NCBI GenBank assembly: GCA_037308085.1
Contig: CP147779.1
Location: forward strand, 2,720,001 to 2,784,000
Reading direction: 5' to 3'
DNA from: Promethearchaeati archaeon SRVP18_Atabeyarchaeia-1
Lineage (GTDB): Archaea > Asgardarchaeota > Atabeyarchaeia > Atabeyarchaeales > Atabeyarchaeaceae
Length of the DNA: 64,000 nt
The number at the start of each line of letters is the position of its first letter. Position 1 is the stretch's first letter. The translations under genes and the position numbers were made by a program. Below, piece by piece: positions 32,886 to 43,376 of this stretch. The notes under the pieces were generated by a model. It had not been told where the DNA came from. It ran no database searches and was given only the letters and a program-made list of their open reading frames with translations.

Positions 32886-34478
32886 ATGAACCAAAAAAAT
32901 GGAATTTCAACAAGATTTATGTTCATGGATCCAGACGGAAACAACCTTAAGCCGTTCAATGAAGCCGTAACGGCTTCCATTAGGTTGCTCGGTTTATGGT
33001 GGAAGGGCATTGATGGAGCGAGTCCACCTCTTCTTAGCGACGGCGATGTAAAGAACCTATCCTCATCTTTTGACGAACACCCCGAGCCCTCACTTCTCAA
33101 AGAACCATATACGAAACTTGGGCCTTGCATCAAAGCTCTGTTTGGAAGCGTCCGCTTCAATAAGCATAATATGATGAACGTTCACCCAACGCCTTTTCTA
33201 CCAGCCGTTGTTGCCTCATTATTCACAATGCTTCAGAACCCAAACAATCTGTCCCCCGCGACCTCTCCTGCAACTACGCTTCTGGAAGAGGAGTGCATCA
33301 GCCAGTTAGCGGATCTCTTAGGATTCCACGAGGAGAATGGGGCAGTCAAATGTGGAGGAAACATATTGTCCTGCGGAAGCCTATCAAACTTGACGGCTCT
33401 AATGGTAGCTAGAGAAAAGACGTACAGTAAGCACTATCGAGGACAGTCTTCAGAGGGACTGGGGTTGTTTGGTCTACCTAGAGGCATAATAGTGACCTCG
33501 AAGTCTGCACATTACTCAATTCAGAAAGCGGCCAGAATCCTTGGATTAGGGGAAGGCGGCGTACTTGAAGTACCCGTGGCTGACGAAAATGAAATTGCCG
33601 AATTCGAAAAATCAGGCACACCTCTCAAGTTGAAGCCCACCAAGGAGGCTTACGCGGAGGCGTTTGAAAGAATAGAGAAAGGAACGCATGGTGCAAATTC
33701 CGAGGGTCAATTGATCATATCAGCTGTATCCACGCTCGGAACGATAAGCACTGGCACTATAGAACCGGTTCAACGCTTGGTGGACCTGAGAAAGGAGTAT
33801 GGATTCCATCTTCACGTCGACGCGGCGATTGGCGGTCTCGCACTGGGACTAAGCGAAGTCAAATGCAAGGCCGCAGGTGTTGAACAGGCTGACTCTGTCA
33901 CGATGGATCCTCATAAACTCGGCTTCCTTCACTATCCGTGCAGCGCCGTCATATTCCGCAAGAAGTCGGATCTTGACGTAATATCCACAGATGCGCCATA
34001 TGTTGATTCTTCCGCTAGCACGATAGAAGGCTCTCGCCCGGGATCTGGCGTAGCGGGTCTGTGGGTCGCTCTGAAGACACTTGGAAGCGAGGGCTACAAC
34101 AGGATAATAGGTGAGTGTATTGACTTGACAAGGAAACTGGCCAATCACCTAGTAGACGTGGGATTCCAAGTCTTACACGAGGTCGACCTAAACACCTTAT
34201 GCTTCTCAATCGGTTATGACGGCAAAACCAGAAAGAAGCTGAATAGGATGACGAGTGACTTGCATGCTAGGCTTGTCGCTGATGGAGAGTATCTCTTGGC
34301 GAAAGTTGAGGATCTGTCCGGAGTGATGGTTAGGGATAGACCATGGCATTCGAGCTCCGAGAGGGTGAAAGTCACGGGGATCAAAGCGTGGATCATGAAT
34401 CCGTACACAACCGAGAGCGATCTGGAGTCGCTTGTAAATAGGCTTCATGAGAAAAAGAAGGAACTTTCTATCAGCTGA
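32886..34478 (+). CDS. Group II PLP-dependent amino-acid decarboxylase (bacterial tyrosine-decarboxylase-like)
   Basis: NPNN...SPATT..EEE, GSLSNL.AL..AR, HYS, LHVDAAIGG, SVTMDPHK (PLP Lys), IEGSRPG. Confidence 0.88.
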   Translation: MNQKNGISTRFMFMDPDGNNLKPFNEAVTASIRLLGLWWKGIDGASPPLLSDGDVKNLSSSFDEHPEPSLLKEPYTKLGPCIKALFGSVRFNKHNMMNVHPTPFLPAVVASLFTMLQNPNNLSPATSPATTLLEEECISQLADLLGFHEENGAVKCGGNILSCGSLSNLTALMVAREKTYSKHYRGQSSEGLGLFGLPRGIIVTSKSAHYSIQKAARILGLGEGGVLEVPVADENEIAEFEKSGTPLKLKPTKEAYAEAFERIEKGTHGANSEGQLIISAVSTLGTISTGTIEPVQRLVDLRKEYGFHLHVDAAIGGLALGLSEVKCKAAGVEQADSVTMDPHKLGFLHYPCSAVIFRKKSDLDVISTDAPYVDSSASTIEGSRPGSGVAGLWVALKTLGSEGYNRIIGECIDLTRKLANHLVDVGFQVLHEVDLNTLCFSIGYDGKTRKKLNRMTSDLHARLVADGEYLLAKVEDLSGVMVRDRPWHSSSERVKVTGIKAWIMNPYTTESDLESLVNRLHEKKKELSIS

Positions 34479-34592
34479 AGCGTTATTCTATCCTAGGAAA
34501 GCAGAAAGGGTAAGAGAATAGTAGCGTCTTATATAGACTGATGAGGCTACACTCATTGAATCTAATTGGCCGGCATGTGGTGTGTTCCACCT

Positions 34593-35678
34593 ATGGATCC
34601 AGCGCGCAGATTGGAACTTGTCACAAGAGGAACGGAAGAAATCATAACTAGGGATGAACTCAAGACTCTTCTTGAGACGAAGAGTAGACCAAGAGCATAC
34701 TGGGGTTTTGAACTGAGTGGTTTTCTCCACCTTGGAACTGGTCTTGTTTGCGGGAACAAGATCAAGGATTTCGTTGAAGCGGGCTTTGACTTCACAATAC
34801 TCCTCGCTGACACGCACAGCTTCATAAACAAGAAGCTCGGCGGAAAATGGGAGAACATCTCGGTCGCGGCAGAGTACTTCAGGCATTGTTTCATTGCTTT
34901 GGGCATAGACCCGAAAAGGGTTAGATACCTCCGAGCATCCGAGATGATGAACAGGTTTGAGTACTGGTTCAAAGCCCTACAAGTAGCAAGAAGCTCAACG
35001 ATTAACAGGATGAGGCGAGCCCTTCCAATCATGGGACGCGAGATGACTGGGGATGACGTCGAAGCGGCCTTTCTATGGTACCCGGCTCTCCAGGCAGCTG
35101 ACATATTCGATCTTGACCTCCATGTTGCGGCATCAGGGCTCGACCAGAGGAAGGCACATATGTTAGCTAGGGATGTTGCCGGCAAACTCGGGTGGCGTCC
35201 TCCAGTATGCGTGCATACCCCTTTGCTTCCAGGATTGACGGAGACCAAGCAGAGAATGGAGTACGATGAGGACGAAAAGATTGCGGCAAAGATTTCAGGC
35301 AAGATGTCAAAGAGCCTTCCACAAAGCACGATCACAGTCCATGATTCACCCGAGGTGTTGAAGGAAAAGGTGAAAGGAGCCTTTTGCCCTCCAAAACAGG
35401 TTGAGGGGAATCCAATCACGGAGATTGCACGCCTAATAATCTTTGGAGACGAGAAAGCTAAGTTCATGATAAATAGGCCGACGAAATATGGAGGTCCACT
35501 TGAGGTGCAAGATTACCCAGAGCTTGAGAAGGCATACCTCGAGGGGAAGCTGCACCCAACGGATCTGAAAGAGGCCGTTGCCGATACGCTAATAACTATG
35601 CTTAAACCCGTGAGAGACTATTTTGCAGAGAACCCTGAGCCTCTTGAAGCTATGAAGAAGATTGCGGTAACTAGGTGA
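34593..35678 (+). CDS. tyrS: Tyrosine--tRNA ligase (archaeal type)
   Basis: AYWGFE.SG.LHLG (HIGH), YPALQAADI, GLDQRKAH, KMSKS, LHPTDLK; start placed at ATG 34593. Confidence 0.96.
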   Translation: MDPARRLELVTRGTEEIITRDELKTLLETKSRPRAYWGFELSGFLHLGTGLVCGNKIKDFVEAGFDFTILLADTHSFINKKLGGKWENISVAAEYFRHCFIALGIDPKRVRYLRASEMMNRFEYWFKALQVARSSTINRMRRALPIMGREMTGDDVEAAFLWYPALQAADIFDLDLHVAASGLDQRKAHMLARDVAGKLGWRPPVCVHTPLLPGLTETKQRMEYDEDEKIAAKISGKMSKSLPQSTITVHDSPEVLKEKVKGAFCPPKQVEGNPITEIARLIIFGDEKAKFMINRPTKYGGPLEVQDYPELEKAYLEGKLHPTDLKEAVADTLITMLKPVRDYFAENPEPLEAMKKIAVTR

Positions 35679-35729
35679 GCCTTGCAGGAGAAGACAGTGC
35701 AAATCATTTCTCCGCCTCTACTTTTCATT

Positions 35730-35905
35730 TGCAGGGACCTGACACCAGTTGAGAAAACCAGCGACTTGCCAGCCTGACTTGATCCACGGCATCCCGCATT
35801 GGCGGAGGTACCTCCAGGGCCACGTATTGAAAACCATGCCAGATCGTGGGCACCTAGATCCTTCATGGATCAGGGTTCTGGATCGGGGCTGCGGTCTGGG
35901 CTGCA
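35730..35905 (-). ncRNA. Candidate multibranch structured RNA between tyrS and sufT (strand tentative)
   Basis: Nested stems TGCAG/CTGCA, CAGCC/GGCTG, GATCC/GGATC, CCACG/CGTGG, CCGC/GCGG and CTGGTT/AACTGG; TATA-like tract at 35920-35927. Confidence 0.3.
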
Positions 35906-36079
35906 CTTCAAACCGCACCTTTTATATCAATAAGGAAGAGTTAATTAGGTTTGCAGGGTGACTTGTGACGGGTTGTTCCAGCCGCCAGAATGGATGAGTG
36001 TTTGACCAGTATATAACATGATTTTAACTGTCTGACGCCGCAAGATGAATACTGTTTACTAAGAAGGTGACTGCAGAAA

Positions 36080-36382
36080 ATGGTCAGCAAAGATGAAGTT
36101 ATGAAGGTACTTCAGTCAGTTTATGATCCTGAGATCCCCGTGAGCATAGTGGATCTTGGACTAATCTATGAGGTCAATGTCGATAAGAGCAGCAATGTCC
36201 ACATTAAGATGACCTGCACGACACCGTATTGCCCAATGAATGCCTCCATGCAGAAGGAAGTGAACAGCAAAACTAAAGCAATAAAGGGCGTAAAGGACGT
36301 GAAGGTAGACATGGTCTTTGATCCGCCGTGGACTCCAGATAGAATCGCACCAGAGGCCAGAAAAGAGCTGGGGATTAAGTAG
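36080..36382 (+). CDS. sufT: Metal-sulfur cluster assembly factor (DUF59/SufT/MIP18)
   Basis: VYDPEIPVSIVDLGLIY, T.TTPYCP, FDPPWT. Confidence 0.92.
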   Translation: MVSKDEVMKVLQSVYDPEIPVSIVDLGLIYEVNVDKSSNVHIKMTCTTPYCPMNASMQKEVNSKTKAIKGVKDVKVDMVFDPPWTPDRIAPEARKELGIK

Positions 36383-36566
36383 GTTTTACCGAGTACTGGC
36401 CTAGTGTCGCTTCGTGGAGTTTCATTTCAGGCTGAATTCTCTGGGAATATCAATAATTGACCACGGGTTGTTCTCTTTCTTCTTTCCCTTTCTTTTTCTG
36501 ACCAAGTCTAACCGTTGGGAAAATCTAAAATACAGAGGAGATCCCACGTTCCCCCGGTGTCCAAGT

Positions 36567-36716
36567 TTGGGTGAAAAGTGGTTCTCCAAGTGCCCAAGAT
36601 GCGAGACCATAGCTGAGGTTGAATCTCACCGATATAACCCTCAATACCCGTGCCATGGAGTCTGCCCAAATTGTAAGGCGGAGTTCTGGAACTGGAGCGT
36701 TTGGACAGAGGTATAG
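36567..36716 (+). CDS. Small zinc-ribbon protein (49 aa)
   Basis: TTG start; CPRC-x20-CPNC. Confidence 0.55.
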   Translation: MGEKWFSKCPRCETIAEVESHRYNPQYPCHGVCPNCKAEFWNWSVWTEV

Positions 36717-36770
36717 AAATAAGAGTCCGTGGCTATTGCAGTACAAGGCTTAGGATTGAATTACGGAGAA

Positions 36771-37511
36771 ATGAGAATATTGATTAGTGATGCTCATGTG
36801 CATGTGGGCCCTTCAGCCCCTTGGGTTCCGGAAGTCAGCCCAGCGAGGAATATCGAGGAATACCTCAAGGTTATGGAGAAGTATGAAATCGAAAGGGCAA
36901 TAATCTTCCCCAACCCTGGAGTAGGCGAAGGTTACGCGAAGCAGAATGATGTTATCGCTGAAGCCCAGAAGAAGTATCCCCATCGGATTATAGGCTTTGG
37001 TCGTACAGATCCTAGGCTGGGTGACGGGGCGATAAGAGAGGTCCAGAGGTTTATAAGTGAGCTCGGTTTGAAGGGAGTCAAGCTTCACCCAATAGTGGAG
37101 TGCTTCAGGCCGGACCACCCAGCTTTTGACCCGTTTTTCAAGGCGATTGAGGACCTGGGTGTTCCAATACTATTCCACTCTTCACCTGGATTCTTCGCGG
37201 AGCCCCACCTAATAGCCGTTGTCGCTGAGCGGCACCCCAAGCTCAGAATATGCCTTGGGCACCTATATGGTTCAATGCTGCCAATAATAGAGAAGCACAA
37301 GAATCTGTGGGCTGAGACAAGCGGTGTATCCCTACCAGCAACAATAGGCAGCGCAGCAAAGATTGCCCCTGGTAGAATCATGTTCGGGTCTGACTGGCCT
37401 TATCTTAGCCCAAGGGTAGAACTAGTAAAGGTTGAAGAGGGAATCGAAGACAAGATGATCCAGAAGAAGGTACTTTCGGAGAATTTCAAGAGTTTTGTCG
37501 AGAGTCTATGA
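36771..37511 (+). CDS. Amidohydrolase_2 family metal-dependent hydrolase
   Basis: DAHVH, GVKLHP, LFHS, LGH, FGSDWP. Confidence 0.92.
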   Translation: MRILISDAHVHVGPSAPWVPEVSPARNIEEYLKVMEKYEIERAIIFPNPGVGEGYAKQNDVIAEAQKKYPHRIIGFGRTDPRLGDGAIREVQRFISELGLKGVKLHPIVECFRPDHPAFDPFFKAIEDLGVPILFHSSPGFFAEPHLIAVVAERHPKLRICLGHLYGSMLPIIEKHKNLWAETSGVSLPATIGSAAKIAPGRIMFGSDWPYLSPRVELVKVEEGIEDKMIQKKVLSENFKSFVESL

Positions 37512-39414
37512 CCGTTCGTCCGACCGGTCGTTTCAGGCTCCTGCTTCCTTTTTCGACACGGCTTAAAGCAGTGGCTACGATTGCTCCTACTGCAACTCCA
37601 GCGGCAAGTGCTGAGAAGATGATTGCCTGCAGAGGAATAGGCGGAAGATACGGAGGCCCAGACGGAGACGGGTAGGATGCAAGCATGAAGTAGTATACGG
37701 CGTTGCCCGCAATGGTTGGCGCCAGTTGTACCACGATGGTGTTATTGCTGGTGTCCCTCTGCAGAGGCTGTAACCTAGCCCACAACTGTCCTTGTGAGTC
37801 CCACATGAATACGTTCAGGCTGTTCTCATCAGTGTTGGTTGAGTTTAGCTGCTGGTCAGTGTATCTAACTGAGAGAGTTAGGTTGGTAAGTGTCTGGCCG
37901 GAAAGTAGTGAGAAAGTATTGCTTACTAGTGACAACTTCTGTGCTGAACGCAGCCAAGAGGGCAAGAGCGTGTAGCTGCCAACTGCAATGTCTGAAGGTC
38001 CACCAAAGTTCCAAGTGAAATTCAGCTGATTGAATCTATCGTTGAATATGATTGGTAGTTGAGATGCCGAGGTCGCTCTGATACTTGAATAAGTGTTGAT
38101 TGCACAAACTTCTTCAAGCATCCCTAGGCCTCTTCTGCAGACTGGATCTATCAATAGATTCGAAGGATTGAAGTAATCCCAAATCCCCCAGCAGATGTAC
38201 CTGTCCCCGGATGGGCTAATATTGTAGTATTGGTACGCCGAGTAGTTCACATACATTTCGCAAGTCATTGCTGGTATTCCTTTCGCTCCGTACATCCAGT
38301 CACAAAATTCGCCTGAACAGTTGTATCCGATACCCCCACTGCCAAGTGAGTAGTAGTAGCCGCTTGCCTGCTGAAAGGCTTCGCCAAACATGTTGAAGAG
38401 AGATAAGTTGGCCCCCAGAGAAACGACATCATTCGTGTACGACCACGGGCGCAGAAGCGTCTCTGAACCTGAGTGAAGGCTCATGGCGAAGATGAACCTA
38501 TGCGATTCGACTAACCCTTTGATTGCCCGTGTCTCAGGTTCGGAGAACGGTGCTGGCCCCTTGTAGTCTTCGACTCTCGGGTTTGTTGAGTTGCTACTCA
38601 TCTCAAACGTGTCATTGAAGTGGAAGTCATAGTTCCTGTTCAGATCGACTCCACCGGGATTATCACCCACGAAGTCCGGGATAACGCCGTTTCCGTTAGC
38701 GTCGATACCTTCGTACGCCTGGTCAGTGGTAACCCAGACAGGATTACTCGCCGTCCCGAGATTCGTGTCAATTTCGTAGCACTCCAGAAAGCCATCTCTG
38801 TTGGCGTCCGTTATGTTGTCTTCGTCGACCAACAAATCATGATCGTCGTCTATGGGGTGCATGTTCTTGCGCTGGAATGGGTTGTAGGTCAAGGCGACTT
38901 GCATCCCGTCAGGGTTGAGGCAAGGTATGATGTAGATCTCCTTTGAGGCGAGTAGTTTCCTGATGTTTGCGTCGGTCTGAAGGTTCGCCAGAAGATACCA
39001 TGTTAGGTAGAGTGCCGCTTCTTGGGTTATGACTTCCCTTGCATGGTGTTCAGCAACAATGAGTATCTGTTGCTTGGAGGAATTGGCGACGCTCTCGTTT
39101 GTTATTCTGATGCAGAGAATGTCTCTACCCTGCCACGTTTTGCCAATTGAGAAAACGTACGCGAAGCCGCGGTAGCTTTCATTGAAGGAGAGAAGAAGAT
39201 TTCGAAGACTCGTATAGTCGTGGTAGGACCCCCAGTCTACTGGGACTGGAGCACTGGAGACATGCAATGGTGAAAGAACGCTGGGTCGACTACTTGCATT
39301 AGTGGTATTATCATCTGCAGGTAAGCTTATGGGTGTAGCAGCAACAGTTGCGAAACAAGGTACAAGTAAGATTGTGACGATCACCACTAGGGAGAGATTG
39401 GAGACAGCACCCAT
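37486..39414 (-). CDS. Secreted, membrane-anchored M14 zinc carboxypeptidase (carboxypeptidase T-like)
   Basis: Signal peptide, HHARE, NPDG, RKN, GVDLNRN, GPAPFSEPET, LHS, catalytic E in TCE, DxDxDG-like loops, C-terminal TM helix. Confidence 0.92.
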   Translation of the reverse strand: MGAVSNLSLVVIVTILLVPCFATVAATPISLPADDNTTNASSRPSVLSPLHVSSAPVPVDWGSYHDYTSLRNLLLSFNESYRGFAYVFSIGKTWQGRDILCIRITNESVANSSKQQILIVAEHHAREVITQEAALYLTWYLLANLQTDANIRKLLASKEIYIIPCLNPDGMQVALTYNPFQRKNMHPIDDDHDLLVDEDNITDANRDGFLECYEIDTNLGTASNPVWVTTDQAYEGIDANGNGVIPDFVGDNPGGVDLNRNYDFHFNDTFEMSSNSTNPRVEDYKGPAPFSEPETRAIKGLVESHRFIFAMSLHSGSETLLRPWSYTNDVVSLGANLSLFNMFGEAFQQASGYYYSLGSGGIGYNCSGEFCDWMYGAKGIPAMTCEMYVNYSAYQYYNISPSGDRYICWGIWDYFNPSNLLIDPVCRRGLGMLEEVCAINTYSSIRATSASQLPIIFNDRFNQLNFTWNFGGPSDIAVGSYTLLPSWLRSAQKLSLVSNTFSLLSGQTLTNLTLSVRYTDQQLNSTNTDENSLNVFMWDSQGQLWARLQPLQRDTSNNTIVVQLAPTIAGNAVYYFMLASYPSPSGPPYLPPIPLQAIIFSALAAGVAVGAIVATALSRVEKGSRSLKRPVGRTVIDSRQNS

Positions 39415-39510
39415 TCCGAGTTGCCCACTCCTCGGATGATCACGGCAGCTACGTTGCCTATATTTCTTTCTTCTGGGCAGTCTCGGGAGATCAACCTTCT
39501 AGTTGATTCT

Positions 39511-40620
39511 TCATGTTATTGAGTCGACCTTGACTGGCTTCCCAACCCTAGCCGATTCGTGAACTGCTACCACGAACTGAAGGACTTTCTTTCCCTGTTC
39601 TCCTGAGAGTATGGGTTCCTTGTCTTCGAGAATGCTGTTGATGAAGTGCCGACCAGAGTCTCTGAATGATGCGTCCCATTCGCACTCGATGTTGTTGAAG
39701 TGGACTGCGCTGCCGTCAGGTTTGTAGAGTATTAGCGGCGCCTGATCGAGGAGCTGCCCAGTGCACCGAGTAACAAAAATGTAGCCTTTGTCCCCTGTTA
39801 TCTCAACTCGATCTTCGTCTCCGTAGAACCGACTTGTGACCGCGCATCCCGGAGACCAAGTTGTTATGAATGTTCCGAAGGAGCCCTTTGCCTTGTACTT
39901 CCATTCGACAAGGGCAGGGCAATCAATCTTCAGCCCTGCTAGGTCGGTGCAGCCTATCATCGAGAAGACTTCGTCTATTTCGCCCAACAGATACATGGCT
40001 AAGGAGAAAACGTGGTAGCCATGATCCCACACTATTGGGCCTCCACCACAGAGCTTGGGGTTGAACCTCCAAGCCCACGTATCTCCTGGAATCTCCCACC
40101 CTCCGACGCCGCAGTTCCCCACCCGGATTACGACCATGCTGGGGTTTCCGATCTCTTTCCTTTCGAGTAGCTGCTTCGCCTTTATGTGAGGGGGGTAGAA
40201 CACGAAGTTCTCATAAACTTTGAACTTGACGGAGGCTTTCTTGGCTGCCGAGATCATTTCATCTGCCTCTGCGAGGTTCATGGCCATGGGTTTCTGGACT
40301 GATACGTGTTTACCTGCCTCTGCGGCTGCAATGGTTACGTCGTGGTGAAGGTGGTGTGGCAAAAGCACTTCCACTACATCCACCTTCGGATCTTTTAGTA
40401 GCTTGCTGTAGTCAGCATAGTGATTTTCAGCGCCCCATGCCCTGGCTTTCTCCTTTGCCTTGGCTTCAATTGAGTCACATGTCGCGACGATTCTAGCTTT
40501 CTTGAAATCCTTGTACGCCAGTGCGTGTAAGTCGGAGATCCTTCCACAACCTATGATCCCGACACCGAGAACTTTGCCATCTGTCAACGAAAGACAGCCT
40601 CCACTGATCAGCCTACGCAA
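39511..40620 (-). CDS. Gfo/Idh/MocA family oxidoreductase (start likely TTG near 40587)
   Basis: GIIGCGRI, GKHVSVQKP, GGG...DHGYH. Confidence 0.92.
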   Translation of the reverse strand: MRRLISGGCLSLTDGKVLGVGIIGCGRISDLHALAYKDFKKARIVATCDSIEAKAKEKARAWGAENHYADYSKLLKDPKVDVVEVLLPHHLHHDVTIAAAEAGKHVSVQKPMAMNLAEADEMISAAKKASVKFKVYENFVFYPPHIKAKQLLERKEIGNPSMVVIRVGNCGVGGWEIPGDTWAWRFNPKLCGGGPIVWDHGYHVFSLAMYLLGEIDEVFSMIGCTDLAGLKIDCPALVEWKYKAKGSFGTFITTWSPGCAVTSRFYGDEDRVEITGDKGYIFVTRCTGQLLDQAPLILYKPDGSAVHFNNIECEWDASFRDSGRHFINSILEDKEPILSGEQGKKVLQFVVAVHESARVGKPVKVDSIT

Positions 40621-40839
40621 TAAGACTCTTTGCCGAAGTCATGGTCTATGAAACGTGCTATTATAGTTTGCCTCAAGAATGGGCAAGGATACTTGCCAGA
40701 AGCGGCAGTTGAAGTAGGTCGGTTTTTCCTGATCTCCTCAAGAACTCCTCTCGTCGCGTCGAGTGACCTCTGCTCCTGAACCGTTAACCTCTTTGAAGGC
40801 GCGATTATTCCTGCCACCACCTTCTCTAAGACTAGTTCT

Positions 40840-42513
40840 TCACTTATCTGGGGTTCTCAGTATTGCTCCCTCACTTGCTGAAGTTGCGAGAGCAAGGTAT
40901 CTTCCGAGATACCCCTTGATCTTCTTGTTAGGCGGACTCCACTTCTGAAGGCGTTTCTTCAATTCCCGACTCGGGATCAGTAAGTCGATTCTTCTTGTAG
41001 GTATGCTATATGATATTCTGTCGCCGCTCTCTACTGCAGCTATCGGCCCTCCTTCGAAAGCTTCCGGCGAGACGTAGCCTATGGCCGGACCTCTCGTTGA
41101 TCCGGAGAAGCGACCATCTGTGACGAGTGCGACGCTGGAGTCGAGCTGCATGCCGACCAGCATTGATGTGATTGCGTGCATCTCCCGCATTCCAGGCCCT
41201 CCTTTTGGTCCCTCATAACGGATTACTATGACTGAGCTCCGCTCTAGGTTACCATCAGCCACTGCTCTGGTGGCGTCTTCCATCGAGTCGAACACAATTG
41301 CAGGACCCTCGTGTTCGAGCATCGAGGAGTTGACGGCCACCTGTTTTACTAGCGCTCCCTTTGGTGCGAGGCTACCTTTCAGAACCGCCACGCCCCCTTC
41401 CTTGTGCACGGGGCTATCTACAGGCCTTATCACTTCAGGTCTGCTGGTCCGCTCAACACCTTCAATGTACGACTTCAATGGTTCTCCTGTAACCGTCATT
41501 GCTTCCCAGTTTATTGAACTGGAGAGTTCCTTCATTAGAGCAGGTATCCCTCCAGCTTCATCTAGGTCGTCAAGTGTGTATTCCCCGGAGGGAACAATGG
41601 GACATAGGTGTGGAGTGTTTCTGCCAGCTCTGTCGATGTCTTCGAAAGTCAGTTTGATGCCTAGCTCGTTTGCTATAGCTGGGATATGCAGGCACGCGTT
41701 CAGGGACCCTCCGATCGCCATGTCAACAGTGAGGGCATTGGCAAATGCTGCCTTCGTCATAATCTTTGAAGGAGTGAGGTTCTTTGAAAGTAGATCCATT
41801 ATGCTTCTTCCGCTTTCCTTGGCGAGGCTCAGCTTTCTCGCGCCCGTTGCATGAGCAGTCGCGCACCCCGGCAGGGACATTCCGAGAGCCTCGGTGATGC
41901 ACGCCATGGTGTTAGCGGTTCCCATCATGGCGCAGGAACCGGGTCCCGGGCATGCGGAATCCTCGATGCATTGGAGCTCCTCCATGCTTAGTTCTCCTCT
42001 TCTTGCTTTCCCAGAGTACTCACGAATGTGGGTAGTAGTGATCTTCTTCCCGTGGTACGTGCCCGGTAGCATCGGTCCGCCAGTCACAATTACAGTCGGG
42101 ATGTCGGTTCTCGCAGCCGCCATGAGATGCCCTGGAACTATCTTGTCGCAAGATGAGATCATAACCATTGCGTCGAACTGTTGCCCTTGGATCATTACCT
42201 CAACCGTGTCTGCTACTAGATCCCGGCTTGGAAGAGAGTACTTCATACCCTCTGTTCCTTGGCATATTCCATCGCACATGCCAATAGTGTTGAACTCGAA
42301 GGGTGTTCCGCCAGCGCTCTTGATTCCAGCCTTGACGGCTTCAGCGAGGGTATTGAGGTGTACGTGCCCCGGCACGATCTCGCTGTAGGAGTTTACTACG
42401 GCGATCCAGGGTCTCGCAATATCATTTCCAGTAAGTCCAAGAGACTTTAGAAGAGCTCTCTGGGCGGTTCTATCTATTCCGGTTTTCATCACATCGCTTC
42501 TCAAGGCTTTCAA
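40840..42513 (-). CDS. ilvD: Dihydroxy-acid dehydratase (IlvD/EDD family)
   Basis: [48 protein letters not shown]. Confidence 0.93.
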   Translation of the reverse strand: MKALRSDVMKTGIDRTAQRALLKSLGLTGNDIARPWIAVVNSYSEIVPGHVHLNTLAEAVKAGIKSAGGTPFEFNTIGMCDGICQGTEGMKYSLPSRDLVADTVEVMIQGQQFDAMVMISSCDKIVPGHLMAAARTDIPTVIVTGGPMLPGTYHGKKITTTHIREYSGKARRGELSMEELQCIEDSACPGPGSCAMMGTANTMACITEALGMSLPGCATAHATGARKLSLAKESGRSIMDLLSKNLTPSKIMTKAAFANALTVDMAIGGSLNACLHIPAIANELGIKLTFEDIDRAGRNTPHLCPIVPSGEYTLDDLDEAGGIPALMKELSSSINWEAMTVTGEPLKSYIEGVERTSRPEVIRPVDSPVHKEGGVAVLKGSLAPKGALVKQVAVNSSMLEHEGPAIVFDSMEDATRAVADGNLERSSVIVIRYEGPKGGPGMREMHAITSMLVGMQLDSSVALVTDGRFSGSTRGPAIGYVSPEAFEGGPIAAVESGDRISYSIPTRRIDLLIPSRELKKRLQKWSPPNKKIKGYLGRYLALATSASEGAILRTPDK

Positions 42514-42678
42514 ACACTCCTAGCTGAGTTTCAAGAGGCGGGTAGCTTGGGCGAAATAGGGACAAGATAGTACACTTGATCTTCGTGGACCCGGATAAGG
42601 ATGTGAAGCACCACCAATAAAAAACCTCCTTAGAGTAAGCCAGAGTATCATACGCAAATGTGGCTACAGAACAAAAAC

Positions 42679-43146
42679 CTACTTTGTGTCTGGCTGGTGC
42701 GCTCCACAGAAATCGCACTCCTCAGAAGCTATTGGAATATCCTTTCCACATCTGACACAGCTCTTGAGGAATGACTTTGGAGTTGGTTTGTAAATGCTTG
42801 GGGAGTAGGGTATCTCGAAGTCGGCGTTTAGATTACTGGTTCTTAGTCCATTTTTCCTTGCAAAGTCTTCGATGAATTCTCGGATATCCCCTACCATCCA
42901 CCTTCCAAATCCCTCGGTAACACCCAAGTTCACCTTGCACGAATCATTGTCCTCGAACTCAAATACGAGGATCGCCGATGGGTGCGAGCGACTCCACATT
43001 GAGTCCTCCTCAGCAAGGAGAATCTGTATGTCCCCAGTTATGGAACGATACCTGTAGGCTAGGAGCTTTTCTGCGATTGCATCAATAAGGGATCGTATTG
43101 GTCCCCCTTCAACTCTGATAGCGTCTCTGTTCATGATGGAAAACAT
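42679..43146 (-). CDS. Hypothetical protein with C-terminal zinc ribbon
   Basis: CVRCG.DIP.ASEECDFCG. Confidence 0.65.
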   Translation of the reverse strand: MFSIMNRDAIRVEGGPIRSLIDAIAEKLLAYRYRSITGDIQILLAEEDSMWSRSHPSAILVFEFEDNDSCKVNLGVTEGFGRWMVGDIREFIEDFARKNGLRTSNLNADFEIPYSPSIYKPTPKSFLKSCVRCGKDIPIASEECDFCGAHQPDTK

Positions 43147-43376
43147 CTCGATAATAGCTCAGAACTGTATTGGATTGACGGAGCGATCTGGAACGGAGAT
43201 TTGCATGCAGTCCCAGCTCAGTATTCGTGAGCTGGTAAGATGAATTGTCTTTAGGCTTTGTCTCTTTTCCGGGCAGGCTCGAAGATTACCTGAGCGAATC
43301 GCCGTAACAGCAATGGTCTCTCAGCTACGTTTGATCCTCTGTATGATCGCGCCATAATAATCTAGCAGAGTCGCCA

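Noticed and set aside
35850-35880. TPP riboswitch (GAACCCTGATCC resemblance on the minus strand)
   Set aside because: The CUGAGA and UAAUGCC conserved elements are missing and there is no thiamine gene downstream.
35991-36035. C/D box sRNA (TGGATGA ... CTGA)
   Set aside because: The C box is imperfect, the internal D'/C' boxes are unconvincing, and the stretch overlaps the likely sufT promoter.
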